A stretch of DNA of 64,000 bases from assembly GCF_964194025.1 (NCBI RefSeq), contig NC_134470.1, positions 39,432,001 through 39,496,000 on the forward strand, in the 5' to 3' direction. Shown piece after piece: positions 13,340 to 25,300 of this stretch (positions within the stretch are counted from its first letter, which is position 1; each line of letters opens with the position of its first letter). Position numbers and translations under genes: made by a program. The DNA is from Convolutriloba macropyga (taxonomy: Eukaryota). A model generated the notes under the pieces. The model was given only the letters and a program-made list of their open reading frames with translations. It did not search any database and was not told the DNA's origin.

Positions 13340-14860
13340 TAACTTAGCATAAATCAGAACGTTTTGGCGTGGTACCCCGCACCTGAAAGACAAAATATTG
13401 AATAACATTTTATAAAAACAATATCACTCAAGACGGGAAGCCACTAGCCACACAACTCTCCTAATAATACTGGAGATGCCAAATGGCGATAGAGATGCGA
13501 TAACGTTATTTCTGCAAAAAATACTACCCTCAAACAGCTTGCAAAGCCCATATAAAATGGTGGAGTTCTTTCCGACATAAACTCATTTCAAAATGCTAAT
13601 AATTATCAACAGTTACATTGCAAGAGTTGAAACTAGATTCATTCATTCCGGAAAAAAACCACTGTACAACTTTGTAAGCTTTACGTGAAATTCAACTGGC
13701 TTCCACAACACCATCCCCCAGAAACTTAACCAAACAACAGTAAGTTTCTTCAAGTATCCAATGAAACCAACCATTGATTTCTGAGGACAGTCCAGACCAA
13801 ACATTTCCTCATTACGTGAGGCAGTTTGACTCTTGACGAAAAAAATTCAAAACTCGACGGTAACCCTAAGCCGTTCCTGTGTTTCCCTGCGGCGTTTCTG
13901 AATTACAATATCAAGACTGGGACCAATTCGAAGGCCCGCTTCCTGCATGAATTGCTTAATCAGGAATATCCAAAGCTTGTCACCAACGAGCACGATCCAT
14001 CCACTTACATCTTGGAGTTGCACTCAACTTTTATCTACGGTTTCCGGAGACTACGTCTGTAACCCACTGGAAGAGCTACGCAATCGTTATGCGGAGATTA
14101 TTTGAGAGGAAATTTCGAGTTCGGCATGCAGTCCCGAAATTTTGACTTGATGAAAAAGCCGGATTATTTTCTCAGACCCACAAGGCCTTGCAAATCTTGC
14201 TATAGTAGACAAGCGGGAGCAATTATGAATAGCTCAGACAAAAGACAACGCTGAACTTGGGAGCGTTTTCTCCAAGAAATTCACTTAAAATTCAGGAAAG
14301 GACTTCTGAAGGAAAATGACCACATTGCAGTGAACGAATTGTTAGTAATAATCAAAAGAAGAATTCGACTCGACCAATTGTACCCTAAGCCATCGCGTAC
14401 AACCTCAAAGCACCCACTAACTGCATCAAGCCATCCAACACTCAACCATTTTTAGAGCTTGTTATGACTGCAATAACTTACCAATGAAAATATCTCAACC
14501 ACAAAACAAAAATTTTAAAAATTTCGGTAATTCAAGCCAGCCTAATCAAAGCAAATACGGGATAGAAAGCACGCTCAATGGACAGTGCAGACCTTAACAA
14601 TATAACTTTGAAAACTGCAAAAGAGTGAACAGTAACATTACCAAAGAGGCCTTGGACGATGAGAATACATTGGACAAAACCGAGGACGTTTGTAAAGAAT
14701 CTAAGATTTTTATGACGGGAACGAACCAAGACATTTTAGCAGTAACAAAGATCGCCTACGCCATTTGGAACTTGCCATTTGAAACTTTGTAGCGTGTCAG
14801 CAATGAACACACTGCAGGAGAATGTCCTCAGTGCCAACCAGAACGAGATGGGAACATGAC
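13340..14860 (+). mobile_element. Possible decayed L1/Tx1-like LINE 3' region ending in a (TAT)n tail
   Basis: Fragments TLKQLAKPI*NGGVLSDI (resembles the post-RT LPKxxGGLGLPD motif), TLNHF and KIAYAIWNL, immediately followed by a TAT microsatellite. Weak evidence. Confidence 0.3.
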
Positions 14861-14861
14861 T

Positions 14862-15180
14862 TTTTTATTATTTTTTTTTTCATTATTCGTATTATTATTA
14901 CTATTTTTATTATTATTATTATTGTCATTGTCATTATATNNNNNNNNNNNNNNNNNNNNNNNNNNNNNNNNNNNNNNNNNNNNNNNNNNNNNNNNNNNNN
15001 NNNNNNNNNNNNNNNNNNNNNNNNNNNNNNNNNNNNNNNNNNNNNNNNNNNNNNNNNNNNNNNNNNNNNNNNNNNNGGTATTGTTGTTGTTGTTATTTTT
15101 TAATAGTAGTAATAATAAAATATTGTTTTTCTTATTATTATTATTATTATGATTATTATTATTATTATTATTATTATTAA

Positions 15181-15218
<38 letters not shown>

Positions 15219-15285
15219 TTATTATAATTATTATTGTTCTTATTAGTTTTTATTAATTTTCTTATTAATTTTGTTATTGTTATTC
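14862..15285. repeat. (TAT)n microsatellite containing N gap 14940-15076
   Basis: Seen directly in the sequence. Confidence 0.95.
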
Positions 15286-15406
15286 TTGAAAACCATATCC
15301 AAATCGATAAATTATGATATGATGCAAGAATCGTCGGTTATTTTGCTTTTGGAGACGGTGCTCTGAAGAAGACCGTATTTGAACGTTAAAAATTAATCAA
15401 TAGTCC

Positions 15407-16380
15407 AACAAGGAAGCTCGGTAATGTGCGTGCGCAAATAATGTTCCGACCTCGCTCTTCCACGCTCTGTTTTATTTTTCTACCCGATTAGAAAGAGATA
15501 GAAAACTTTCAAAAATTCAAACATCGTTCAACAAACATGTCAGTGGCAAAAAACGCTGGTTTAGATGGCCGATGAGACTACTGGACAATTAATGAGAGTA
15601 CGGGACAAGACAACAAAAATTGCAGTAATTGCAATTATCTGTTACGATGAAACTCGATGTCCATATTTAAAAAAAATCTCTAAAATGAAAATGTAATCAG
15701 ATAAATCGTGAACTATACAAATTAGCGTGTACTTCATTAGATATGATAAGAGACTCGGTAACAGGTCGACAAAGACTAGCAAAAGGGGCCAAGTTCAAAA
15801 ATGCGTTTCAAATTTTGAAAACAACCAGTTACAAATTGAATGAAACCAGTACATATCAACTAGTCTCGTTAAGAAGCTTGTTTATTCCTCATAGGATACA
15901 TTCGAGACCTGTAAGTATCCGTAATATGTCAGACGACTACAAAAAGAATGGCAAAAACGAAAAACAATTAACTGTAACAAGCACGCATCGGTGCAACCGT
16001 TAAAACGACAAGCTATTCTTGAAGAACATTAAGTGCCTTCATTTGCATTGTTTTCAACACCAATTTTGTCATTATATTAAGGTCATAATGTGGCAAGGAA
16101 ACTAAAAAATAGCAATGGGAAAATTTCCGGAAATCACACTTTTATGAAAATGCGTAGTGCCGAAGCCAAGAAACCTTTAGTTGAATATAAAAAAATTGTA
16201 AAGATTGGAACATGTTCACTAGAAAGAGGAACGTGTTCACCAAGCTAAAGAAAATTGTTGGAAATAGTACAAAAGTGACAAAGCTTGAAAGTCCGATGAT
16301 TTTCATAAAAAATGGTTTAAAAAATTCAAAGAAACCCTGAGATTTCAACTTGGAACAAAACAGACAATTTTCAACTCCTG
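15407..16380 (-). mobile_element. Family-A HINE 3' fragment (duplicated, truncated copy)
   Basis: AACAAGGAAGCTCGGTAATGTGCGTGCGCAAATAATGTTCCGACC terminus, truncated at the tandem-duplication junction. Confidence 0.7.
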
Positions 16381-17728
16381 ATACTACCCTCACTACCCTC
16401 AAACAGCTTGCAAAGCCCATATAAAATGGTGGAGTTCTTTCCGACATAAACTCATTTCAAAATGCTAATAATTATCAACAGTTACATTGCAAGAGTTGAA
16501 ACTAGATTCATTCATTCCGGAAAAAAACCACTGTACAACTTTGTAAGCTTTACGTGAAATTCAACTGGCTTCCACAACACCATCCCCCAGAAACTTAACC
16601 AAACAACAGTAAGTTTCTTCAAGTATCCAATGAAACCAACCATTGATTTCTGAGGACAGTCCAGACCAAACATTTCCTCATTACGTGAGGCAGTTTGACT
16701 CTTGACGAAAAAAATTCAAAACTCGACGGTAACCCTAAGCCGTTCCTGTGTTTCCCTGCGGCGTTTCTGAATTACAATATCAAGACTGGGACCAATTCGA
16801 AGGCCCGCTTCCTGCATGAATTGCTTAATCAGGAATATCCAAAGCTTGTCACCAACGAGCACGATCCATCCACTTACATCTTGGAGTTGCACTCAACTTT
16901 TATCTACGGTTTCCGGAGACTACGTCTGTAACCCACTGGAAGAGCTACGCAATCGTTATGCGGAGATTATTTGAGAGGAAATTTCGAGTTCGGCATGCAG
17001 TCCCGAAATTTTGACTTGATGAAAAAGCCGGATTATTTTCTCAGACCCACAAGGCCTTGCAAATCTTGCTATAGTAGACAAGCGGGAGCAATTATGAATA
17101 GCTCAGACAAAAGACAACGCTGAACTTGGGAGCGTTTTCTCCAAGAAATTCACTTAAAATTCAGGAAAGGACTTCTGAAGGAAAATGACCACATTGCAGT
17201 GAACGAATTGTTAGTAATAATCAAAAGAAGAATTCGAATCGACCAATTGTACCCTAAGCCATCGCGTACAACCTCAAAGCACCCACTAACTGCATCAAGC
17301 CATCCAACACTCAACCATTTTTAGAGCTTGTTATGACTGCAATAACTTACCAATGAAAATATCTCAACCACAAAACAAAAATTTTAAAAATTTCGGTAAT
17401 TCAAGCCAGCCTAATCAAAGCAAATACGGGATAGAAAGCACGCTCAATGGACAGTGCAGACCTTAACAATATAACTTTGAAAACTGCAAAAGAGTGAACA
17501 GTAACATTACCAAAGAGGCCTTGGACGATGAGAATACATTGGACAAAACCGAGGACGTTTGTAAAGAATCTAAGATTTTTATGACGGGAACGAACCAAGA
17601 CATTTTAGCAGTAACAAAGATCGCCTACGCCATTTGGAACTTGCCATTTGAAACTTTGTAGCGTGTCAGCAATGAACACACTGCAGGAGAATGTCCTCAG
17701 TGCCAACCAGAACGAGATGGGAACATGA

Positions 17729-17849
17729 CTTTTTTATTATTTTTTCATTATTCGTATTATTATTACTATTTTTATTATTATTATTATTGTCATTGTCATT
17801 ATATTATTGTTATTAGTATTTTTATTACTATTATTATTATTATTATTAA

Positions 17850-17902
<53 letters not shown>

Positions 17903-18135
17903 GTATTTTTTATTATTATTGTTGGTATTGTTGTTGTTGTTATTTTTTAATAGTAGTANNNNNNNNNNNNNNNNNNNNNNNNNNNNNNNNNNNNNNNNNN
18001 NNNNNNNNNNNNNNNNNNNNNNNNNNNNNNNNNNNNNNNNNNNNNNNNNNNNNNNNNNNNNNNNNNNNNNNNNNNNNNNNNNNNNNNTCTTATTAGTTTT
18101 TATTAATTTTCTTATTAATTTTGTTATTGTTATTC
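17729..18135. repeat. (TAT)n microsatellite containing N gap 17959-18087
   Basis: Seen directly in the sequence. Confidence 0.95.
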
Positions 18136-18256
18136 TTGAAAACCATATCCAAATCGATAAATTATGATATGATGCAAGAATCGTCGGTTATTTTGCTTTT
18201 GGAGACGGTGCTCTGAAGAAGACCGTATTTGAACGTTAAAAATTAATCAATAGTCC

Positions 18257-20842
18257 AACAAGGAAGCTCGGTAATGTGCGTGCGCAAATAATGTTCCGAC
18301 CTCGCTCTTCCACGCTCTGTTTTATTTTTCTACCCGATTAGAAAGAGATAGAAAACTTTCAAAAATTCAAACATCGTTCAACAAACATGTCAGTGGCAAA
18401 AAACGCTGGTTTAGATGGCCGATGAGACTACTGGACAATTAATGAGAGTACGGGACAAGACAACAAAAATTGCAGTAATTGCAATTATCTGTTACGATGA
18501 AACTCGATGTCCATATTTAAAAAAAATCTCTAAAATGAAAATGTAATCAGATAAATCGTGAACTATACAAATTAGCGTGTACTTCATTAGATATGATAAG
18601 AGACTCGGTAACAGGTCGACAAAGACTAGCAAAAGGGGCCAAGTTCAAAAATGCGTTTCAAATTTTGAAAACAACCAGTTACAAATTGAATGAAACCAGT
18701 ACATATCAACTAGTCTCGTTAAGAAGCTTGTTTATTCCTCATAGGATACATTCGAGACCTGTAAGTATCCGTAATATGTCAGACGACTACAAAAAGAATG
18801 GCAAAAACGAAAAACAATTAACTGTAACAAGCACGCATCGGTGCAACCGTTAAAACGACAAGCTATTCTTGAAGAACATTAAGTGCCTTCATTTGCATTG
18901 TTTTCAACACCAATTTTGTCATTATATTAAGGTCATAATGTGGCAAGGAAACTAAAAAATAGCAATGGGAAAATTTCCGGAAATCACACTTTTATGAAAA
19001 TGCGTAGTGCCGAAGCCAAGAAACCTTTAGTTGAATATAAAAAAATTGTAAAGATTGGAACATGTTCACTAGAAAGAGGAACGTGTTCACCAAGCTAAAG
19101 AAAATTGTTGGAAATAGTACAAAAGTGACAAAGCTTGAAAGTCCGATGATTTTCATAAAAAATGGTTTAAAAAATTCAAAGAAACCCTGAGATTTCAACT
19201 TGGAACAAAAGAGACAATTTTCAACTCCTGAGGAAGCCATTTATGCCTTTTTTTGTGAGACCGACTCATAAGACGACAAGAAAAGCAACAAATACGCACA
19301 GAACTCAAAATTTCAACAATTTTTTGAAACCACAGTGTTGAAGCCATTAAAAATATAAGACACTGAAAACCATTAGAAACTTCAATTTAACAAATACGGG
19401 TTTAATTTTTTTGGCTTGGTTCTCCAATATTAAATATATTTTTTGTAATTATTCTTTGTGAAAAAGACAAAAAAACCACAAATGTTGACAAGTATTGAAA
19501 ACGCAAAATGTTCCCTTGAAAAACACATTTCTAAGCTCTAAAAACATAATTTGAAGCATAGCGGACAGTAAAAATATTGTTTGGAGCAACTGAAAATTGA
19601 TAAGGTCTATCACTAATGAGACTAAGTTACTTGTTGACGACAATGAGAAGAGAAATTCGGAAATACCAAAATATGTTCTTTGAAAAATTAAATGAAAGTC
19701 ATTAAAACCGTTAGCGGCAAATTGAAACAAATAGAATTATTTAAACATCCGTAGAAGCATGTAAGGATAATCGCCGTACGACAACAAAATTACCAACAAC
19801 TAGAGTCAAAAACAAAAAATCTAAACTTTTGGAGAGAACGGTTTCGCAGACGTTTAAACTATAGCCTATTCACTGAGATCTTAAATTGTCATTTGCGCAT
19901 TCATGCAATGCCAATGAATGATTAGTCATTGTGATTTTTCGAAAACAGAGCAAATAACAACCTGAAATATAAGCAAAAATGCGTAAATCACTAAAATTTC
20001 GTATTAAGAAAGCCAAGAAAACATTAGTTAAATAAAATCACTACAAAGATTATAAACTAAGCCACTTAGCCCTGAAACTAAGCCAAAATAAATTTAGCCC
20101 TGTTTATATTGAGAGTAAGCTACATGTAGACAGAAATAAGATAAAAATGGCCAACATCAAATTTTTACTGACAATTTCCTAAAAAAATACATTCGAAGTC
20201 ATATCAGGCATTAGATGACAATTGAAAGCTTTGTATAGGTTCATCTGTAGCTCATAAGGTAACAAATTGAATCTTTGGTTATTAAGAAGAAGTCATGAGG
20301 CTGCAAAAAGAATGACAAAGGAAGACATAGCGTCCAACAAAAACACATAACTATTCCATATGTTTGCAAAATGGATCAATTAGAAAAAGAAAGATTTCAA
20401 TAGACCAAAAATAATGCATTTTGTATAAATATTGAGTTAATTTTTTCCAAAAAAAATCTGCAGAATTAGAAAAGAAAAGTAAAAATGTCAATCAAAAGAC
20501 TCGGATAAAACCAAGCGGCAATCCTCCCCTACCCTTAAAAGTAAAACCAATAGCTTTTTCAATAAATTTTAGCAAAATTGGCAAAAATTTGGGCAAAATT
20601 ACGGAAAATGTGAATAATAACAACGGAGTTTCGTCTACTATTCACAAAACTTTAAACCTCGATAAATCCCTGTGAAGAACGAAAATCAAAAAATCTTTTT
20701 ATTTCCACATTCTATGCTGGACGGGATTTCTAATGATACCAGTCTCAACTCTACGATGAATATATCGATCGATCAAAATTGACTAAACAAAAAATGCCCA
20801 TTTGAGTATATAGTTCCTCCCCCCACAAGTGGGTCGGAACAA
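18257..20842 (-). mobile_element. HINE/DINE-1-like element, family A, full length (about 2.6 kb)
   Basis: AACAAG-hairpin-ATGTTCCGACC at 18257; TATAGTTCCTCCCCCCACAAGTGGGTCGGAACAA near 20810-20842; family-A core upstream of that end. Confidence 0.75.
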
Positions 20843-21845
20843 AAACGAGAGTAATAATTAGCGATCGAAACTCTGGATCGAGAATTTACTGCTGGTCAAG
20901 ATAATAAGCACATACTGGTTTCATCTCAAGGCTGCTATGAACCATGAATTATGCGTTTTGTGATGGAATTAAAAAACGAAAAAGTGTGACTAGCTGAAAC
21001 AATATTAAGTGGCCACGCGCATGGGTGTAGAATTGAAAGGATTTCAGATTTCGCAGAAAAGGAAATAAAGTTGCAATTTTTTTCTGAGAATTTGTAACAA
21101 ATACAGAAATTTTATTCTATTTTTCTTGCAATTGTCTAGTTTACTTCTGACATTTGACAGTCCCTGTTTTTTTGAAAACTGATTTTCAATATTTCTGTTT
21201 CTTTATACAGAATTAATGGCAGTGAAACTGTGTAGAGCTAGTTTGAAGTTTTTTGGAAAAATATCGGAAAAAGGAGTTTTAAATGTATGATTAAAAACGA
21301 AATTTGCTAACTTATTTGCGCACGTACATCTTTTTTTAGTTGTGCAGGTATAGTGTATAATAACCATGTGAGAAAACGCGCACTTTTTGTTAAATTGAAT
21401 TCTTCAACTGATTAAGCCGGCCTTACATACTCGTTCCCCCATTTTCATGAAAGTTTGTATTTTTCAGTTTTTGTACGAAGAAATTCGTTTGGTGCGGTTG
21501 GCTTGTTAATGTTTTTCAACGGGAGTACTTCATAAATTTTCAATTTTCTGATTAGTTTTTTTGGTACCATTGTGGTGCTGTTGTAAATCCGGGTCATCAA
21601 AATTAAATGCGCCTTCACGGTTTGTATCAATGGAGTTAAAAAGATACATGGGATTTTCATTTCCGGAAATCCAGATTTTTCAAACGTAATGTAACTTTGT
21701 AGAATATTTTCAGATCTTCATTTATCGTCTGAGCTTGCGAGGATTTGCAGCATCGAAGATCGTATTGGTTTGTTGGATCTGAATTAAATCGAATTCATCA
21801 CCAAGTTGTTGAACAGTTTTAGCTGAACAGTCTTTTTCTGTAGTA

Positions 21846-22354
21846 ATGGATCAATCTGATCTAGCACCTCCGGGTGAAGATTCAATCTCAGTGGCTGCTA
21901 AAATATCCCCTGCTTTGGCAGCCTACGCGGCGATGGCCACCCCACCACCGCCACCTGTTGATAACGGGACGGCTGTTGCTCCCCCGCCTCCTGGAGTCGA
22001 ATCGCAAGGTGCAGTAATACAACCACCCCCTCCCCCTTCAACAGGAGCACCCCAAGCTCCCAATCAATATTACGATCCTAACGCCGCAGCGTTTCCTGGT
22101 GGTATGTTCTACGGGTCCCATGGTCCCTACCAGCAGCACCCGGCACCTCCGCAACAGCAGTCTTACTGGGGCCAGGGAGGGGCGCCTGGATACTCCCAAC
22201 ATGCACCTGCCCAATCAGGAGCATCTCATTCGGGTACTGCAGGTTCTACTGGGTACATGGGATACCAAGGTCACCCCTCTGAGCAACAGACTCCCTCTTA
22301 TGCTGCAATGGCGGGTGGGGCTCAGCCTTATGCTGGGTATAGTCCAGCTCCAAG
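21846..22354 (+). CDS. LENG8: LENG8 coding exon 1 (Pro/Gln/Tyr-rich)
   Basis: ATG at 21846; donor AG|GTTAGC at 22355, phase 2. Alternative in-frame donors at 22337 and 22367. Confidence 0.8.
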
Positions 22355-25300
22355 GTTAGCTCCAGGGTATAGTCCTCAAATGGAATCACAGATCTAATAT
22401 ATGCCGTAGTTGGAACAACTGAATCAAAAAATTTTTGGGACTTGCCATTTATCGAAGTTGAATGCAACTAGATGTCGACATTTTTGATTACTAATTCGAT
22501 CGTTTTTTTGCATCATATTGATCAGTATAATGATTGTGAAAATCATCTTTTGTTTAGGGGACCCTATGATGCACAGGGTGGTTACAGACCGTATGGGCAA
22601 CACCAAAACTTCTCTGGACCTCGATATCCTTCCCACAGTACTTCGTATGGCAATCAACATCAACAACCAGGTACTGCCTATCAGCAAGCAGGTAACTATC
22701 CGCCTCCCAACAGTGAGGGTGGAAACCCTCTAATGCAACCACCTAGAGGACCTCAGATATCCCCAACAGGTCAGACTGGTGGTGGTGGTGGTGGTGGTGG
22801 TGGTGGGTACAACAACAGCAACTCAAACTTCAGACCACAACAGCAGTATGGGTCGCAATACCGACCACTGCGGTATCCTCAAAACCAGCAAGGTTTTAAT
22901 CAAAACAATTATAACGCCCAAAATAATAACTACAATCAGAATAAGATGGCACCGCATGATTCTGGTCCAAACAAAAGTGTGTCTGGGCCAGGAAATAGTC
23001 AGCCATACAATGCCAAAGCTTCTCAGTCATCGCCCTCAAAGTCTAAAGGAGGTGCGAACTCAGCAAAGAAAACGCCACCGCCATCTGAGTGGCCTGCAGG
23101 CTTACAAGCTTATGTGCAGCGCTCTTTTAAAGCGTGTGTTTCTGAAAGAGCTAAAGATGAAACTGAGAAACAGTTGAAAGTGTTCATACCTAAAGTTTTT
23201 GATGATGGCAGTGTCCACACTATTAACTGGGAGAAGCACGCACTAATGGACTGCGTCCGTCTCTCCTCACCAGTAAGAGGTAGGAGCTCTTCCAGAAGTC
23301 GAAGCAGAACTCCAGATGACAGGAGAGATGATAGATCTAAGAGACGGGGTGAGAAATCTCGTCGTTCTCCTCACAGTGACGGCAGGTCCTCGCATAGACG
23401 GCATGATCGCGACCGGGATCGAGATCGCCCACGTAGAAAGTCACGTGATCGTGGCAGTGGGGACTCTAGGAGGTACAATAGTGGGAGCAAACGCCACAAC
23501 AGAAGTGGCAGTGAATCTGAGGAGGGCTCTCGTCAAAGCTCAGACGAGGAAGTAATGAAAGCTGGAAATAGAAGTAAAAGACGTTATGATCCATCTTCCA
23601 CTTCTCGTGAAGACTATGATAAAAGAAATCGAAATGATTTTGAAGGTCGTGGTGCTGGAGGCAACAAGCGCAAGGGAGGCAAGTACACAGATAGAGACGA
23701 TCCAGATGCAATGCAGGAGGAACCTACAACACCCAACACAGAAAGTGACGTCAGATCGCGGCTCAGCGCCAGAGGTGGGCGAGGTCGTGGTGGAAGCTTC
23801 AACAACAACAACAATAATAAGGATTCTTACAATGGAGAAGTACCAAATGATGTGCAATTTGGACAGAGAGGGCGAGGAAGAGGCAGAGGTCGTGGACGAG
23901 GACAGAACCGACAGCAGGATTCTCGTTTTGCCGACGATGATAAAGACGCTGAAAATGATTTGCCAAAACAATTTGGATCTGGGAATCGCGGTCGTGGTCG
24001 GGGTGGTGGTCCCAGAAATTTTAAACCAGACGCCTCGATAGCTCAGAACATGGAATTGGACGAGAATGATCCCCGACTCAAAGCAAGAGCTGCACGATTC
24101 CAACTCGGTGGCGAACCATCCAATAATTCCAGCGCTACCGTTGGCCCGGTGCCCGTAACGGGACCTGGGTCATCATTTGGTGGATCTGCTACTAATTCAG
24201 CAACGCCAATGAAAATGGCGGATTTCGATGCAGGTGCTGATTTCGAACTTGCGTCAGGCGCAGCAATTGTTGGAACTAGCCAAAGTATCACGAAAAACTA
24301 CCTGAGATTAACCGAGGCGCCTGATCCCAGCTCAGTCAGACCTCCACATGTGCTTCGGAAGTCTTTAGAGTACATTAAAGATCATTGGAAGAAAAATAAG
24401 GTAATATAATGCTGTTGTTGCTACTGAATTAGAAAAAAAACCCGCCCAGGAATTATTTTCCAACGTAGATATGTAGAAAAGCAACTCATACGTTTTAAGG
24501 ACATATTTTTTGCGGAAAGTATCGAGTTGATGTTTTGTATATGTATTTCTGATAGGTTTAACTGGCCTTGCCTTGCCTTCATTAACGAATAATAGTATCG
24601 TGACATCTGACGCAAATGTTGCGTACGCTTCAGTTCAGTTCAGTGTGACCAGTTTATCGCACTATTTCTGTTCTCAATTGGGAAGAGCCTGAATGATTCA
24701 GATGAAGGAATTGTAGACGTCTTTAATTTAGCTGAAGCTGTTTTTCCTTCATTTTCTTGTCGAAAGTTTTTCTCGGTGTAAAAGCTCACTCTCAAAATGA
24801 TCTTCGTTTACTTTATTTGAAAGACGAGGCAAGAAGAGAACTATGTGTGAGCTAGTGTTTTTCTTCAAAAATCGTTTTGAACTTTTTAAATTAAAAGTAG
24901 TAATTAAAAGTAGTCATAATAGAAAGAAGAAAGTCACATTTGTGATCACTACCTGCAAGGTAGTGATCTATTTTCAAGCTAAATAAACTGGTGAGAGATG
25001 ATAGATTTTTTGGACTGCTATGAGGTCTTAATTGTAGAGTGGAAAATTGTTTTTCCTTTGGTATTAGGCTCCTGAGCCTTAGTAGGGCTCTAAGTGAAGG
25101 GTTCAACTGATCTGTCATGGAAGAAGAATTTCATGGGCAATTTTGGTTTGCCCCCTAGTTTGAGAGCAATTCGTACGGGGGGAGGGGTTATTGGTTATCC
25201 TTGAATTATTGAGAAATAAGCGCAAGTAAGAAAACTAATATGGCTCAAATAATTGATGCCCGCTTCGTTTAAGAGTACTCATTTTTTGCTGAAAAAACTT

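Larger units (their letters stand above)
13521..19230. repeat. Near-identical tandem duplication, unit about 2.86 kb (13521-16380 / about 16390-19230)
   Basis: Identical ORF translations offset by 2869 (13826/16695; 14532/17401) and 2850 (15743/18593). Only a few substitutions visible outside the microsatellite. Confidence 0.95.

Noticed and set aside
14822-18167. Hydrophobic poly-I/L/Y ORFs
   Set aside because: They are translations of TAT microsatellite and N gaps.
22472-22557. N-terminus MSTFLITNS... of the 645-aa ORF
   Set aside because: It is intronic: AT-rich, upstream of a good acceptor at 22557 whose phase matches exon 1.
22099-24291. Overlapping alternative-frame and antisense ORFs (e.g. 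23540-24103, 187 aa)
   Set aside because: These are shadows of the low-complexity LENG8 exons with no independent motifs.
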